Below, one piece after another: positions 48,986-62,284 of a stretch of DNA of 64,000 bases (position 1 is the first letter of the stretch; each line of letters opens with the position of its first letter). Where the stretch lies: NCBI RefSeq assembly GCF_004010195.1, contig NC_057731.1, forward strand, positions 43,480,219-43,544,218, in the 5' to 3' direction. This stretch comes from Chiloscyllium plagiosum. Taxonomy: Eukaryota. The notes beneath the pieces were generated by a model. The model saw only the letters and a program-made list of their open reading frames with translations, made no database searches and was not told the origin of the DNA. Both the position numbers and the translations under genes were made by a program.

Positions 48986-49689
48986 GCATTGTCCAACACC
49001 AGGAGTGTTAAATGCCTGTGTATTCTACACTTGTTTGTGCTGTGACTTGAATCAACATCTCAATGGATTATTTACATATTCATTGTCACGTTGTGGATGT
49101 CAATAGCGTGTATTTCCCAGCCTACTTTGCCCTGAAGTTGACCAACCAGCATCTAAACCTCCTGATTTAATTTGAGTGTCTAACTTGGCCATTTCATAGG
49201 GCAGGTAAAAGTCAATATCACTGTGGGTCTGGGCTCACATGTAGGCCAGATGAGGAAAGAACTTTAGGTTTCCTTCATTAGGCAGGATTAGTGAATCAAG
49301 AAGTAAGGACATACAAACCAGAAGTAGATGGAGCCCATTCAACCCCTCAAATCATACTACACCATTCAGTAATTTCGTGGCTGATCTGATTCTGATTAAA
49401 AACATTACTTTCCTATCTGCCCCCCCCCCCCCCCCCCCCCCCACCTCCCACTGTAACCTTCAAGCCCCTTGTTAATCTAAAATCTTTCTAATTCAGCCTT
49501 ACGTCTCTTCAATGGCCGCACCTGCACTGCTCACCAGGCCCAGTCAATGATTGCTTCATGGATACCAATACTGACACCGGCTTCAAACTCAGGTAATTCC
49601 TGAACTGAAGATCTTAAATTGCTGTGGTGCAATTACAAATCCCATTCTTTGGATTGTTTATCCAAAAACACGGATAAATATGAAAGAGG

Positions 49690-50955
49690 TTGGCTAACGT
49701 GATGGCATTATTTAGGAAAGGTGGTAAGGGAAAGCCAGGGAACTGCAGACCGGTGAACATGACATTGGTGGTAGGAAAGTTGTTGGAGGGAATCATGAGG
49801 GACAGGATTTACATGTATTTGGAAAGGTAAGGACTGATTAGGGATAGTCAACATGGCTTTGTGTGTAGGAAATCATTTCTCACTAACTTGATTGAGATTT
49901 TCAAAGGAGTAACAAAGAGGATTGATGAGGGCAGAGCAATAGATTTAAGTAAAGCATTGGACAAAATTCCGCCTGGTAAACTGATTAGATCACATGGAAT
50001 TCAGGGAGAACTAGCCATTTGGATACAGAACTGGCTTGAAGACAGAGGGTGGTTGTGAAGGGTTGCTTTACAGACTGATGTGCCACAAGGATCGGTGCTG
50101 GGTGCACTGCTTATCGTCATTTATAGAAATGATTTGAATGTGAATATAGGAGGTATGGTTAGTAAGTTTGCAGATGGCACCTAAATTGGAAGTGTAGTAG
50201 ATAGTGAAGATGGTTACCTCAGATTACAACAGGTGGATCCACGGGCTGAGAAATGGCAGACGGAGTTTAATTTAGATAAATGTGAGGTGCTGCATTTTGG
50301 CAAGACAAATCAGAGCAGGACTTATACATGTAATGGTAAGGTCCTGGGGAGTGTTGCTGAACAAAGAGACCTTGGATTGCAAGTTCATAGCTCCTTAAAA
50401 GTGGAGTCGCAGGTTGATAGGATAGTGAAGAAGGAGTTTGGTATGCTTTCCTTTATTGGTCAGTGCATTGAATATAGGACTTGGGAGATCATGTTGCGGC
50501 TTTACAGGAGATTGGTTAGGCCACTTTTGAAATATTGAGTGCAATTCTGGTCTCCCTTCAATAGGAAGGATGTTGTGAAACTTGAAAGGGTTCAGAAAAG
50601 ATTTACAAGGATGTTGCCAGGGTTGGAGGGTTTGAGCTATGAGGAGAGGCTGAATACACTGGGGCTGTTTTCCCTGGAGCATCGGAGGCTGAGGGGTGAC
50701 CTTATAGAGATTTATAAAATCACGAGGGGTATGGATAGGGTAAATAGACAAGGTCTTTTCCCCAGGGTGGGAGAGTCCAAAACTGGAGGGCATAGGTTTA
50801 AATGAGAGGGGACAGATTTAAAAGGGACCTAATAGGCAACTTTTTCAAACAGAGAGTGGTGCATGTATGGAATGAGCTGCCACAGGAAGTGGTGGAGGCT
50901 GATACAATTATATCATTTAAAAGGCATTTGGATGGTATATGAATAGGAAGTGTTT
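49690..50955 (+). mobile_element. CR1 ORF2 RT region to 3' end
   Basis: KSFLTNLIE, FNLDKCEVLHFG and LRGDLIEIYK motifs; frameshifted. Confidence 0.92.
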
Positions 50956-51084
50956 GATTAGATTAGATTAGATTCCCTACAGTATGGAAACAGGCCATTT
51001 GGCCCAACAAGTCCACACTGAACCTCCGAAACGTAACCCACCCAGACCCATTCCCCTCCATTTACCCCTGACTAATGCACCTAT

Positions 51085-51600
51085 TAGCAGGTCAGGCAAA
51101 AGCCCTTCATCAGGAATAGAGGCAGGGTGCTTCGCAGGGTGAAGAGATAAATGAGAGGAGGGTGGGGGTGGGGAGAAAGTAGCATAGAGTACAATAGGTG
51201 AATGGGGGTGGGGATGGAGGTGATAGGTCAGAGAGGAAGTGGGGGAAGGTAGCAAAGAGTACACTGGGTGAATGGGGTTGGGAATGAAGGTAATAGGTCA
51301 GAGAGGAGGGTGGTGGAATGTGTTGGTGAAGTTGATGAATTGCTCAACCTCCTCGCAGGAGTGGGAGGGGGAGTTGAAATGTTGGGCCACGGGGCGGTTT
51401 GGTTGATTGGTGCGGGTGTCTCGGAGATGTTCCCTAAAGCGCTCTGCTAGGAGGCGCCAGTCTTCCCAATGTAGAGGAGACCGCATCGGGAGCAACGGAT
51501 ACAATAAATGATATTGGTGGATGTGCAGGTAAAACTTTGATGGATGTGGAAGGCTCCTTTGGGGCCTTGGATGGAGGTGAGGGAGGAGGTGTGGGCGCAG
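51085..51600 (-). mobile_element. Penelope-like element (Cys-rich linker + GIY-YIG)
   Basis: TNIIYCIRCSRCGLLYIG...LLAERFREHLRD...PVAQHFNSPSHS. Confidence 0.85.
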
Positions 51601-52569
51601 TTAAAGTTGGTGACTTATCTGTTTCCATCTGGGACTCAGGTCAACACAATTCTCCACCCAAAGATGGTCTGATATCATCAGATTGGGTGGAGCTAATGCA
51701 GCTTCAATATTAACCCTTCCAGAACCAATGCCTCATGCAACACCATCTGGGTGAGCAGTCTGGAGAGGTCATTCTCGGGTGAAACTGGTCATCATCGGTG
51801 TACAGGTACATGTGAAAACTAACACCATATTTAAGGATGATCTCACCGGGAGGAGATGGAGATTAAACAACAGGAGAGGCTCAGATAGATGCAGGGGTAA
51901 CAGTGTGGGTGAATCTCAGACTACGATTAGGTAGATAGGGTCACCATGTCAATACTGGTGAGTTTTCCAGTCCCTGCTGGCATCTGAAACAAACACAAAG
52001 ATTTCTGGAGAAATTCAACAGGTCTGAAAGTATCTGTAGAAAGAGAAACAGAGTTAAAATACCAAATCTGGCATGACTCCTCTTCAGAATGTTACTAATT
52101 CTCAGCCTCTGTCACTGTCCCTCAGTTGCTGATTAGTGTGTCTCAATCCAATGTCATATTCAGTTTCACATAGTTTCTTACACCTTTGCAAGTTTTTAAA
52201 ATTGCGCAATTGAATGCGTCCAAATGTCGGAAGCGATTTCATTCAGGAACCAGTCACAGTTTCAAAGAGTGCAGATGAGTCAGTTGGGTGAGTAACTGAG
52301 GGTTTAACTGAGAGAGCCAGAGGAGACAATCCCTTTCAAATGTAGGAACAAATTGGTGTAGATAGAGTCATAGAGATGTACAACATGAAAACAGACCCTT
52401 CGATTCAACTTGCCCATGTCAACCAGATATCCTAAATAAATCTAATCCTACTTACCAGCTTTTGGCGCGTATCCCATGAGTTTCCTCCGGGTGCTCCGGT
52501 TTCCTCCCACAATTCAAAGATGTGCAGATCAGGTGAATTGGCCGTGCTAAATTCCCCATAGGTGCATTA

Positions 52570-52970
52570 GGTAAAACCAAGGACTGCAGATGCTGGAAAC
52601 CAGAGAGTGGAGAGATAAATGGGGGTTGGGCTGGAGAGAGGTAGCAAAGGGTATATAGGTGGATGGAGGTGGGGATGGAGGTGATAGGACAGAGAGGAAG
52701 GTGGGGGAAGGTAGCAAAGAGTACAATGGGTGAATGGGGCTGGGGATGAAGGTAATAGGTCAGAGAGGAGGGTGGAGTGGATAAGTGGAAAGGAAGATTG
52801 GCAGGTAGGACAGGTCATGGGGACAATGCTGAGCTGGAAGGTTGGAGGTGGGGTGAGGTGGGGGAAGGGAAAATGAGGAAACTGGTGGTCCACATTGATG
52901 CCCTGGAGTTGAAGTGTTCCGAGGCAGAAGATGAGGCATTCTTCCTCCAGGCATCGGGTGGTGAGGGCTT
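52570..52970 (-). mobile_element. Penelope-like 3' fragment
   Basis: LEEECLIFCLGTLQLQGINVD C-terminus followed by the family's pyrimidine-rich tail. Confidence 0.75.
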
Positions 52971-53384
52971 CCTGCAAACAGATAAGTAATCAACTATTAA
53001 CTGGTTAAAGTTATTTGTACCTATTGCTATCAGACAATAAACTACACATGCTTATGTAAGGCAAGACCCCCTTCTTATGTGGTATCTCCTTTCCCACTGG
53101 TAATTAGACAGGCCTTCGACTCAGCACAGGAAGAGGATTGGTGACAATGATTTACCTTGCTCATAGGCCATCTACAGTTCGTACCCAGAGCCCAAAGAGA
53201 TAGATTTCTGATCTAGTACTGGATGAGCAGAAATTTCCTTCAAATATATAAAACTGAAGCCATTGTTTTCTGTCCCCTTGCCTCTAGCTACCAACTCCAT
53301 TCCTCTTCCTGATACCAGTCTGAGATTAAACCAGTCTGTTCACAATCTTGGTGTCAAGAGGAACCTCATATTTGTCCTATAAGA

Positions 53385-53830
53385 TTAGATTCCCTACAGT
53401 ATGGAAACAGACTCTTCAGCCCAACAAGTCTACACCAACCTTCCAAAGAGTAACCCACCCAGACCCTGATGAAGGGTCTTTCGTGGTGAAGAGCTCCGGC
53501 CTGAAACGTCAATTCTCCTGCTCCTCAGATGCTGTATTTTTTCCAGCAACACACTCTCGACTCTCATCGACAGACCTCACTTCCACCCAGACCCATTCCC
53601 CTACCCTATATTTACCTACTAATGTCCCTAACACTATAGGCAATTTAGCATGGCCAATTCACCTGGCCTGCACATCTTTGGATTGTAGAAGGAATCCGGA
53701 GCACTCGGAGGAAACCCACGCAGACACGGGAAGAATATGCAAACTCCACACAGACAGCCGCCCAAGGCAGGAATTGAACCCTGCTCCCTGGCACTGTGAG
53801 GTGGCAGTGCTAACTACTGAGCCACTGTGC
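53385..53830 (-). mobile_element. tRNA-derived SINE with a nested Penelope-tail fragment (~53465-53580)
   Basis: V-domain and A/B boxes; ACCCAGACCC repeated around the insert. Confidence 0.8.
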
Positions 53831-54619
53831 TGCTCCTATGACTATGACCATCTATTTCCACAGCTATATATGAAATTGCCCTATATCCTTGTCCGCATTT
53901 TACTTAACTTCTGAACTTAACTGATCCTACTCACCCCCGGTTGGTTCACTGCACTTTACAATCTAAACTCAAGGACATCCAAAGCTCTGCTGCCTTTGTG
54001 TGAACTCACAGCAAGACCCATTCTCCTCTCACTCCCTCCTCCGAGTCCTGCTGAGGCAACGTCTTAATTTAAAAATTCCCAACCTCACGGTTTCATCCCT
54101 CCCTATTTCTTTACACTCCTCCAGCCCCACACCCTCTGAGGTATTTGCCCTCCTATAATTATGGCCCTTTGTTCGTTGCTCGCTTTAATTGCTGCCTCAG
54201 TGAGTGTGCTTTCAGTTGCCAGAGAACCAAGCTCTGAAATTCCCTCTCTTCAGCTCACCTTCTCTCCATTTCACTTTCCTCTTGAGACATTCCTTTAATT
54301 CTTTTACCAAGCCATGGGTGACGTGACCTTCCGTTGCTCAGAGTGAGGTTTGTTTTGTACAGTGGTCCTGTGCAGTGCCTGGGAACATTTCATTGTGATG
54401 AAGATGTTACGATAAGTTATTTGTTGTTGAGAGATATCACCATGACGAGAATCTCTGCATTTCCCTTCAGGCCATTGAGCTGTTGCATGGGGCGGGTAGG
54501 TGCTGTGTCAAAGGGCAGAAAAACCAAACTGGAATGTCCCGAATTAGCACAGGTTGTGCAGTCGATGATTCATTCTGTCTGGGGCAATTCCCCACTATTC
54601 ATATCTGGAGCTCGTTACA

Positions 54620-55135
54620 CAGCAACAGGAGGAGGCCAATCAGCCCCTCGAGCCTGTCACATAGGAACATGAGGAGGCCATTCAGCCCCTCAAGCTTGTC
54701 ACACAGGAACATGAGGAGGCCATTCAGCCCCTCGAGCCTGTCACACAGGAACATGAGGAGGCCATTCAGCCCCTCAAGCTTGTCACACAGGAACATGAGG
54801 AGGCCATTCAGCCCCTCGAGCTTGTCACACAGGAACATGAGGAGGCCATTCAGCCCCTCGAGCTTGTCACACAGGAACATGAGGAGGCCATTCAGCCCCT
54901 TGAGCTTGTCACACAGGAACATGAGGAGGCCATTCAGCCCCTCGAGTCTGTTACACAGGAACAGGAGAAGGCCATTCAGCCCCTTGTGTCTGTTATACAG
55001 GAACAGGAAAGGCCATTCAGCCCCTTGTGTATGTTATACAGGAACAGGAGGAGGCCATTCAGCCCCAGGAGAAGGCCATTCAGCCCCTCGAGTCTGTTAC
55101 ACAGGAACAGGAGAAGGCCATTCAACCCTTGAGAC
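54620..55135. repeat. 42-bp minisatellite AGGAACATGAGGAGGCCATTCAGCCCCTCGAGCTTGTCACAC
   Basis: About 12 copies; explains the 314-aa ORF at 54483-55427. Confidence 0.95.
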
Positions 55136-55425
55136 TCATGTACAGGAGAAGGCCCTTTTTGACCATTTTAACATCTTAAACCCCTTAGTTGATCCCTATG
55201 TTTTCATATCCAGGGAAGCAGGGCTGGAGAATGTTATCCGTGTTATCTCCTGTCCTCACCTTGCAGCATTCCAGAGTGAATGTTCCCTCGGTGACATCCC
55301 ATTCCACTGTCTCCCTAATAAACCCCTCCTTCCTTTCCCTGACTCTTTTCTACTCAAACAACTCCTTCCACCTCCTCCCCTGTCACCATGCAAGGCCCCA
55401 AAGGCACCCTGTAGGTGTTTAACCT

Positions 55426-55549
55426 AAGAAGGGCTTATGCCCGAAACGTCGATTATCCTGTTCCATGGATGCTGCCTGACCTGCTGCGCTTTTCCAGCAA
55501 CACATTTTCAGCTCTGATCTCCAGCATCTGCAGTCCTCACTTTCTCCTC
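55426..55549 (+). mobile_element. 124-bp Penelope-tail insertion, truncated inside the hammerhead core
   Basis: 12-bp TSD GGTGTTTAACCT (55414-55425, 55550-55561). Confidence 0.85.
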
Positions 55550-56229
55550 GGTGTTTAACCTGTGCCTAGTTCCGATTAAGCGAAGTGTATGTGTGGTTCA
55601 CAATGTGGAGTTCTGTACGTTCCACTCCATGGAGCAGCACTGGCCACTGTCTGAGCAGAACCCTGAGCTTCTGATTGCCGTGGTAACTCTCGACCCCCCT
55701 CTCCCAGCCTCCATTCTCGGCCTCTGACACTGTTTTCATTGGGACCTGCAGAAACACAAGGAATGTTGCCTCAGCTTTCTATATGGGGCCTTACAGCTTT
55801 CTACAGTCCCAGGCGATCAGCTGCCTTCAGCAGGGTTACTGTCTCCACCCTGAAGTGTAGCAGCCAGATCTGAACTCAATACTGACCATCCCCCTATCTT
55901 CTATCACTGCCTCAGCAGTACATAGAATCATGTGGTATAGAAGAGGCCCTTCAGCCCATCAGGTCTGTACTACAACAAATATTGGTCCTAATCTCCAACA
56001 CTGAGCTCATGGCATTGAATGTTATGATACTTCAAGAGCTCACCCAAGTAATTTTTAAAACATTGTAAGGTTTCCCACCTCCTATACGCTCCCAGACAAT
56101 GCTTTCCAGACCTTCCACTACCCTCTGGGTGAAAAATGCTTCTCCTCAAATTATGTTGGCTAGAACTCAGGGGGAAACGCCAGTCTGCATGTTCTCCAAG
56201 GGAATGTTGTAGTGTTTACTGTGTCTGCA

Positions 56230-56795
56230 TCTCTGTGCTGTCTGCCCCATAAAGCACAGCGCCTACTGGAGCAACAACACCTTATCTTCCACCTAGGCAC
56301 CCTACAGTCCTGAGGACTTGACACTGCGTTCTCCAATTTCAAACAACCTCCTTCACCGTACCCTTCCCAGCCCCTATCCCTCCATCCCACTGCTCCCTGC
56401 CACCCAACCGGATTCCTTCCTCCCATTGATCAACCAGGCTGTGCCCTCTACCTAGGAGTAAGTGAGGACTGCAGATGCTGGAGATCAGAGCTGAAAAATG
56501 TGTTGCTGGAAAAGCGCAGCAGGTCAGGCAGCATCCAAGGAGCAGGAGAATCGACGTTTCGGGCCTGAGCCCTTCTTCAGAAATGAGGAAACCTGCCTTC
56601 ACCTACCCCCACTCCACCACCCTGCCACCCCCTTTACTGCAGCCCCCTCCCACACCCAACCCCCCCAGTCCTGAAAAAGGGTTACACCCTAAACGTTGAC
56701 CTCTCCACCCTCTGATGCTGCCTGGCTTGCTGTGTTCTTCCAGCCTCCTGCCTGTCTACTTTGGATTCCAGCATCTGCAGTTTTTTGAGTCTCTA
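56230..56795 (+). mobile_element. Penelope 3' end with an antisense Penelope-tail insertion (~56453-56590)
   Basis: RLLEQQHLIFHLGTLQ C-terminus; own decayed hammerhead at ~56670-56700. Confidence 0.75.
56553..56580 (-). ncRNA. Minimal hammerhead ribozyme motif
   Basis: Minus strand CTGAAGA-A-GGGC-TCAG-GCCC-GAAA-C-GTC; core intact. Confidence 0.7.
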
Positions 56796-56934
56796 ACCAT
56801 GTTTCCAGCAACAGCAGTGACAATGAGCTCCCCGGGTGGTGGGGGGTGCACGGCTAACACACATCAAGTGAAATGTGACACTTCCTTGGCTCTCTGCAGA
56901 CGCAGTCAGGGTTTCCCCAGTGTGTGTGTGGTTT

Positions 56935-57255
56935 TGCACTGAGCGGCTTGCAGAGAGCTGCAAGGATCGAGTCGAGTCACGGCGCCTCATAAATTCCACT
57001 GTCAACCCGACCCAGGATTGACGCAGCTCGGAAGAACTCGCTCGATGAGTCAGAGCGAAGGGGGTGGTTTCCAGACTGTCCTGCTGTCTGTTGGTCTCCT
57101 CGAGGTCTCCCTGCTGCTGCTGCGTCTCGCTCTTTCGCTTCCAATCACTTGCTCCAGAATCATTTACCTAGCGCCGGCTGCAGGTCTGCAAGTGCCTTCA
57201 CGGCCAATGAAGCGCTTGAGCGGTGCAGTCATTGCTTTCATCTCTGCAACGTGAT
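56935..57255. promoter_or_regulatory. Small CpG-rich island (possible promoter or enhancer)
   Basis: Dense CpGs in otherwise CpG-poor DNA; AP-1 site TGAGTCA at 57046-57052. Confidence 0.4.
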
Positions 57256-57450
57256 GGATAATGTATGCACAGCAAGATCCAACAAATAGCAGTGCGGTTA
57301 ATGACCAGAGAACCTGCTTTTTGTGATGTTGATCGAGGGACAATTATTGGCCAGGACATTGTGTAGGACCTCCCTGCATTTCTGCGAAGCAGTGGCCATG
57401 GGAATTTTGATATTGGCAGTTGCCACTTGGATTGAGTGTGTCTCGACCAA
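57160..57450 (-). mobile_element. DeuSINE-like element
   Basis: GCACAGCAAGATCC...AATGACCAGA...TTTTTGTGATGTTGATCGAGGGA...ATTGGCCAGGACA Deu-domain similarity (from recall). Confidence 0.7.
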
Positions 57451-60400
57451 GAGAAACGCCTACTTGCAGACGGCCAATATATTTGTGTAGAGTTAAAAAG
57501 GCTTTCCCTCGAAATGATTGTCATTCGAGACGGTGTGATAGAAGATTAACCACTCACTGCATTGCTGTGGGGTGGGGTTATATTGTACTAGCATTCCAGA
57601 AACCAGGCACCTCCCAGAACACAGCCATAGGTTGGTGTCCAGCCACTGGACTGACCATCCACTGCAGCACCTCCCACTGCAGCAACAACATCATCCACAT
57701 TCAGAAAGCTTTCAAAAGGACAGTACAATGGTGCCGACCAATCCTGGCGTCTGAGTTCAACTCTCAGATACAAGTTTGAATGTAGGATCAGTGCCTGATG
57801 AGGTGATGGAAGCAGTTGCAACATTGATTATAAACGGGGAAATTAATAATCACTAGGAAAATAAAACACTGAGGAACAAGCCAGGGGTGTGCACAATTCT
57901 TTGGAAAGCTCTTTCAGTGAACGTGAACAGGCATGTTCACTGAAAGGTCACGTTTTGGAAAATCTGACAGGTCAGAAGGATGTCATTGGCTGCTGAGATT
58001 TCGAGCAAACATGGAAGTTTTAAAAGTCTGATTTGGATTGGTATGGCTGTGAAGATTAACAACCGATTTAGTAATTTAAGGCGACCCAGTGTGAATGGGG
58101 TTCCCTGGGCCATAAATCAGACTGTGTGGGCGATGGTCTGAGTTGGATGGTCACAGTCACAATTTGTCTTGCACTTGCGGACTGAGAGGTCACATCTTCT
58201 CCTCCAGCCGGTCCTGGGGGCTGACCCACTGGCACTTCATCACTCGGCTAAGTCAGAAGAGTTGGGACTATTGTCAGTTTGTAAAGGGAGTGCTCCCAGA
58301 TTTCACGCCAGTGTCTGAGTTTCTGCTGAGGTTCTGTGGTCAATGCGAGTCAGCTGTTAGCCGGTGGTGTTTCTGAGTAGGCAGTTTTCTGTGTGGACAT
58401 CAGGAGGTTTTCCTCTCTCTTGAAGTCACGTGAGTTTCAATGCTCCAGAAATAATCCTTGTGTCCTCCTGGAGATGATGTGTGTCCCGGCCAGCTCCTGA
58501 GTCAGGATGAGTGGCAGATGTCTGCTGCTGAGCAGAGCAGGACGAGTGAAGTAATGGTTTCAGTCCAGTGAAGCCTCTAATTCAGGGACCAAGGGTACAT
58601 CTGGTAGGAGGGGGATATCTGATGGGAGGGCTGTATTAGTGGGGAACAGGGTGTTTCAAAAGTTTTGGATGGAAAGAGACATTTGGGGATCTGGAGAATA
58701 GGATGTTTTGGGGAGAATGGGACGTTAAGGGGAGCAGGATGTTTAGGTTGTTATGGGAGGAGTGGGATAAGGTTCACTTGGCCCCTGTTTTCCTTTCCTG
58801 TGTGACTTTATAATATGAATCAAAATTTGGTGCAATATTTAAAACCAGATACAGAAAATAATCAAAAAGGCTAATCACATGGTCAGGGCCTCATCTGGAA
58901 TATCTGTGTTCAGTTCTCTATCTGTGGAAATATTGCCCCCCCCAGATGACGTCAAGATTGGCTAGCCCACTACTCACTGACACCTCTACTCCAATGCCAG
59001 TTTTTTACCCTATTGCTACCCCTAATCCAGACTTCAGAACTCGTCTGAATCCCACAATAGAATTCCACAAAGGGGATTGCCTGATAAATGGGAAGGCATA
59101 CGAATGATTGTTGATTCATGTGAGTGAATCAAACCTTAATTTCATTCCAAACATTCCTGTGTCTTTAATTCGAATGCCACATTTCTCTATTGAGGACAAA
59201 TGTTGACAAGATGAAATCATGGCCGAGTTAGTCAGAAATGGCACAGTGTTATTTCCAGAAACAAGAGCAATCTAAATTAGTAAATGATTCAGGGAAACAG
59301 CTGAAACACAAACCAGGAAATGCCATCAAAGTGAAAGATTGTTTCTCTCTCACAGATAAGTATTACTAGCATTTTTTTTTGTTTTCCAGTTAATAATTTC
59401 CAGTATTAGCAACTTTCTGTTTTATCATCAATGTTGATGACTCCTTATTTATTTAATAACCGCCGCTACTCTCCCCACCCCACACCCTTGCCAGCCCTGG
59501 GAGGGTGTTTCCCAGGTGGAGGGTTTGCAAAGGGCTATAGCAGGAGTGAGGGGGTCAGCGAGGGTCTGAAAGGCACAGCTTATCAGTGGCGTTATTGGTT
59601 GGCGTCTAGGGTTAGAGCAGGAAAGTAGTGTTGCAGCATAAAGTCGGTTCCAGTTGCTACACCACAGAAATAGTCACTGGAAGCTACCGTAAGATATGCT
59701 TCCTTTCCACGTCTGCTTCCACAAGACTTCCTGAAAGTGTTCAGTGGAGAACAGCATGAATTGTACAGAATTTGCAAAACAACTGGGTCGAGGATGTGAG
59801 AATTTTGTTTGTATGCAGCATGTTCTGTTGGCCTGGAATGAACTGCAAGAGCAGTGGAAGCAGGTTCAATAGTAACTCGAAAATGAAAGGTTTGGAGGGC
59901 TGGGTGGAACAACAGTTGGGGGAGTGCAATTGGCAGAACAGCTCTAATGAGAAACCAGCACAGACACAAGGGGAGAACACTCTCATTCTGTGCCATACTG
60001 TTCCTGCCATTTTCTATATTGTTAACAAATTTCAACCAATGTTTGTTGCATCTCTCCTTTCAGTCAGTTGGGGAATCTATAAGTGAAGTTGACTCCATGT
60101 TCACACTTGATTTCCATAAGCAGGACTATATTCCTCCCTCAGGGGAGAATCTAGAACGAGGGTCGTGGTTTCAAAATAAGGAGGCTCCCATTTCAGATGG
60201 AGGTGAGGAGGAATTTGTTCTCTGAGGGGCTTGTTAATGGTTAGAATTCTCCCTGCTGAAAACATTTAAGGCTGGGTTAGACACTTTTTCACCTACAAGG
60301 GAGCCATAAGTTATTGAAGACTAGGAATGTGGAGTTGAAGCAATAATCAGATCAGCCATGATCCTATTCAGTGGTAGAGTAGGCTCGAGGGGCCAAATGG

Positions 60401-60909
60401 CCTATTCCTGCTCTTATTTCTTACATTGTTATTTTGCCCTTGTCTGTTAAACACTGAGCAAACTGAGCAACTTCAAGTAGCATGCAGAATGAACTCAAAA
60501 TTTCCTAGGTGAAGAAAGAGTTAAGAGATTTGCTCTATGATTTCCCAGGCTGTGACTTAACAAGGAACTCCCATCAATTGCAGCCAATATATAGAGCTTC
60601 CTGTCTCCGAGAACCATTCAATTCCTGATCCGTGTGAAGGAACTCCCTCACCCGCTAAGAAACAATCATGAATGGACTGAGCAAGTGAGTGCTTTGGTGT
60701 AACATTGGAGCTTTTTCTGGATAAGGGGTGGTGGGTGGCGGGGGTGTTGTCACTGGCGGGGTGTGGTGGCTTATATTGTCTCTGTGTTAGCTGCAGTGTT
60801 TCTGCCTTTGTTTACAATCCTAGGCACTGGCGGCGGGTTTGTACTGAATGTAATAACTGCAAATAAACTACCTGAGTTTCTTAGATTAAAGCTGGAGTGT
60901 TTTAGAGCT

Positions 60910-61050
60910 CAGGCAGACCTGGGATCATGGGTAGACCTGGGATCGCGGGTAGACCTGGGATCTCGAGTAGACCTGGGATCTCAGGTAGACCTGGGATCTC
61001 AGGTAAATTGGGATCTCAAGTAGACTGGGATCTCATACAGACTGGGAGCT
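60910..61050. repeat. 18-bp minisatellite GTAGACCTGGGATCTCAG
   Basis: About 8 copies. Confidence 0.9.
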
Positions 61051-62284
61051 AAATAGATGCTTATGTTGTGGAAAAGTGCTGAGCATGTTTTAAGGTTGGC
61101 TCAATTTCCTGTTGTTCGAACATTAACATGGTGTACGAGTAGGGGAAGAAGGAGAGCCCTTCAGAGAGTGTTGAGTTGGATTCAGGATGAGTGAGGGTCA
61201 GAGGGTAGTCCCAAGGTCAGGGGTTGGTCACAGTCAGGGAGTGCTCACAGGGCTGGCGTGGTCCCTAGGTCATGGTGAGTGGTCATTGTTTCATGGGGTT
61301 GGATCAGCAATTGATTAGATATTTGATCTCTTGTCTTTTTCATATAAAGCGATGAATATGATTGGTCTGTTGTTGGGAAGGGTTGGGCTGGGCCTGGGTC
61401 GTGGGAGGTTATATTGGGGATTGGGTTTTAAATGGGGGAAAAAAGTGAGGGTTGGAGCAAATGTGCATTTTAGTTCAATTAACTTATGAAAAAGCCAGAC
61501 TGATAATGAAATCGCTGTTTGGTTGCTGTAAAAACTCACCTAGTTTACTCAAGTCCTTGAATAGCACATGAACGAAGCACTGAGATGGGCAGGGCAGAGC
61601 ATGAACTTTGGGTGAGTTTCATTGTCCAGCACCAAGAGTGACTCTGGCAGTGGTACTGACCAAGCTGGTCGGGTCCTAATGGACATTCCTGTTAGACTGG
61701 GTCTACGGCAGGTGGTGTCGTAACCAGCAAAAGAGAGAAAAAAATTACATCACCTCATCCTTTAACAACCTGCTGGCTGCAGATGCATCTGTCCGTAACA
61801 GTATTGGTAAGAGCGACCACTGCACAGCCCTTGTGGAGACAAAGTCCTGCTTTCACATTGAGAATAACCTCCATTGTGTTGTGTGGGACTATCACTGTGC
61901 TAAATGGAACAGATCTAGCAACTCAAGACTGGGCATCCATGAGGTGTTGTGGGCCATAAGCAGCAGCAGAATTGTACTCCAGTACAATCTGTAACCTTAA
62001 GGCCCGGCATACTCTCCCCACTCAAACATCAATTATTACCAAAGCAGATTTATTTGACTAATATTCAAAATATTAAATTTTAGCCCAGTTAGTGGGATTT
62101 TGAACATCAGCAGAAACAAACCTCAACTGTCATAACAAAGACAGTTCAGTCCTTGAGGTGATTAATGTCCTTTTTTGTGTCATTTGTTCAAACACAAATT
62201 AAATCCCCGTTCTCAATGATGGAGAAGCTCAGCATGTCATTGTAAAAGACAAGACTGAAATATTCACAATTTACAGAGTAGAAT

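Noticed and set aside
54483-55427. 314-aa ORF with RNMRRPFSPSSLSH repeats
   Set aside because: Translation of a 42-bp minisatellite running into transposon debris; no gene structure
55566-55757. Minus-strand exon with acceptor at 55746
   Set aside because: No recognisable protein or donor; adjoins decayed Penelope sequence
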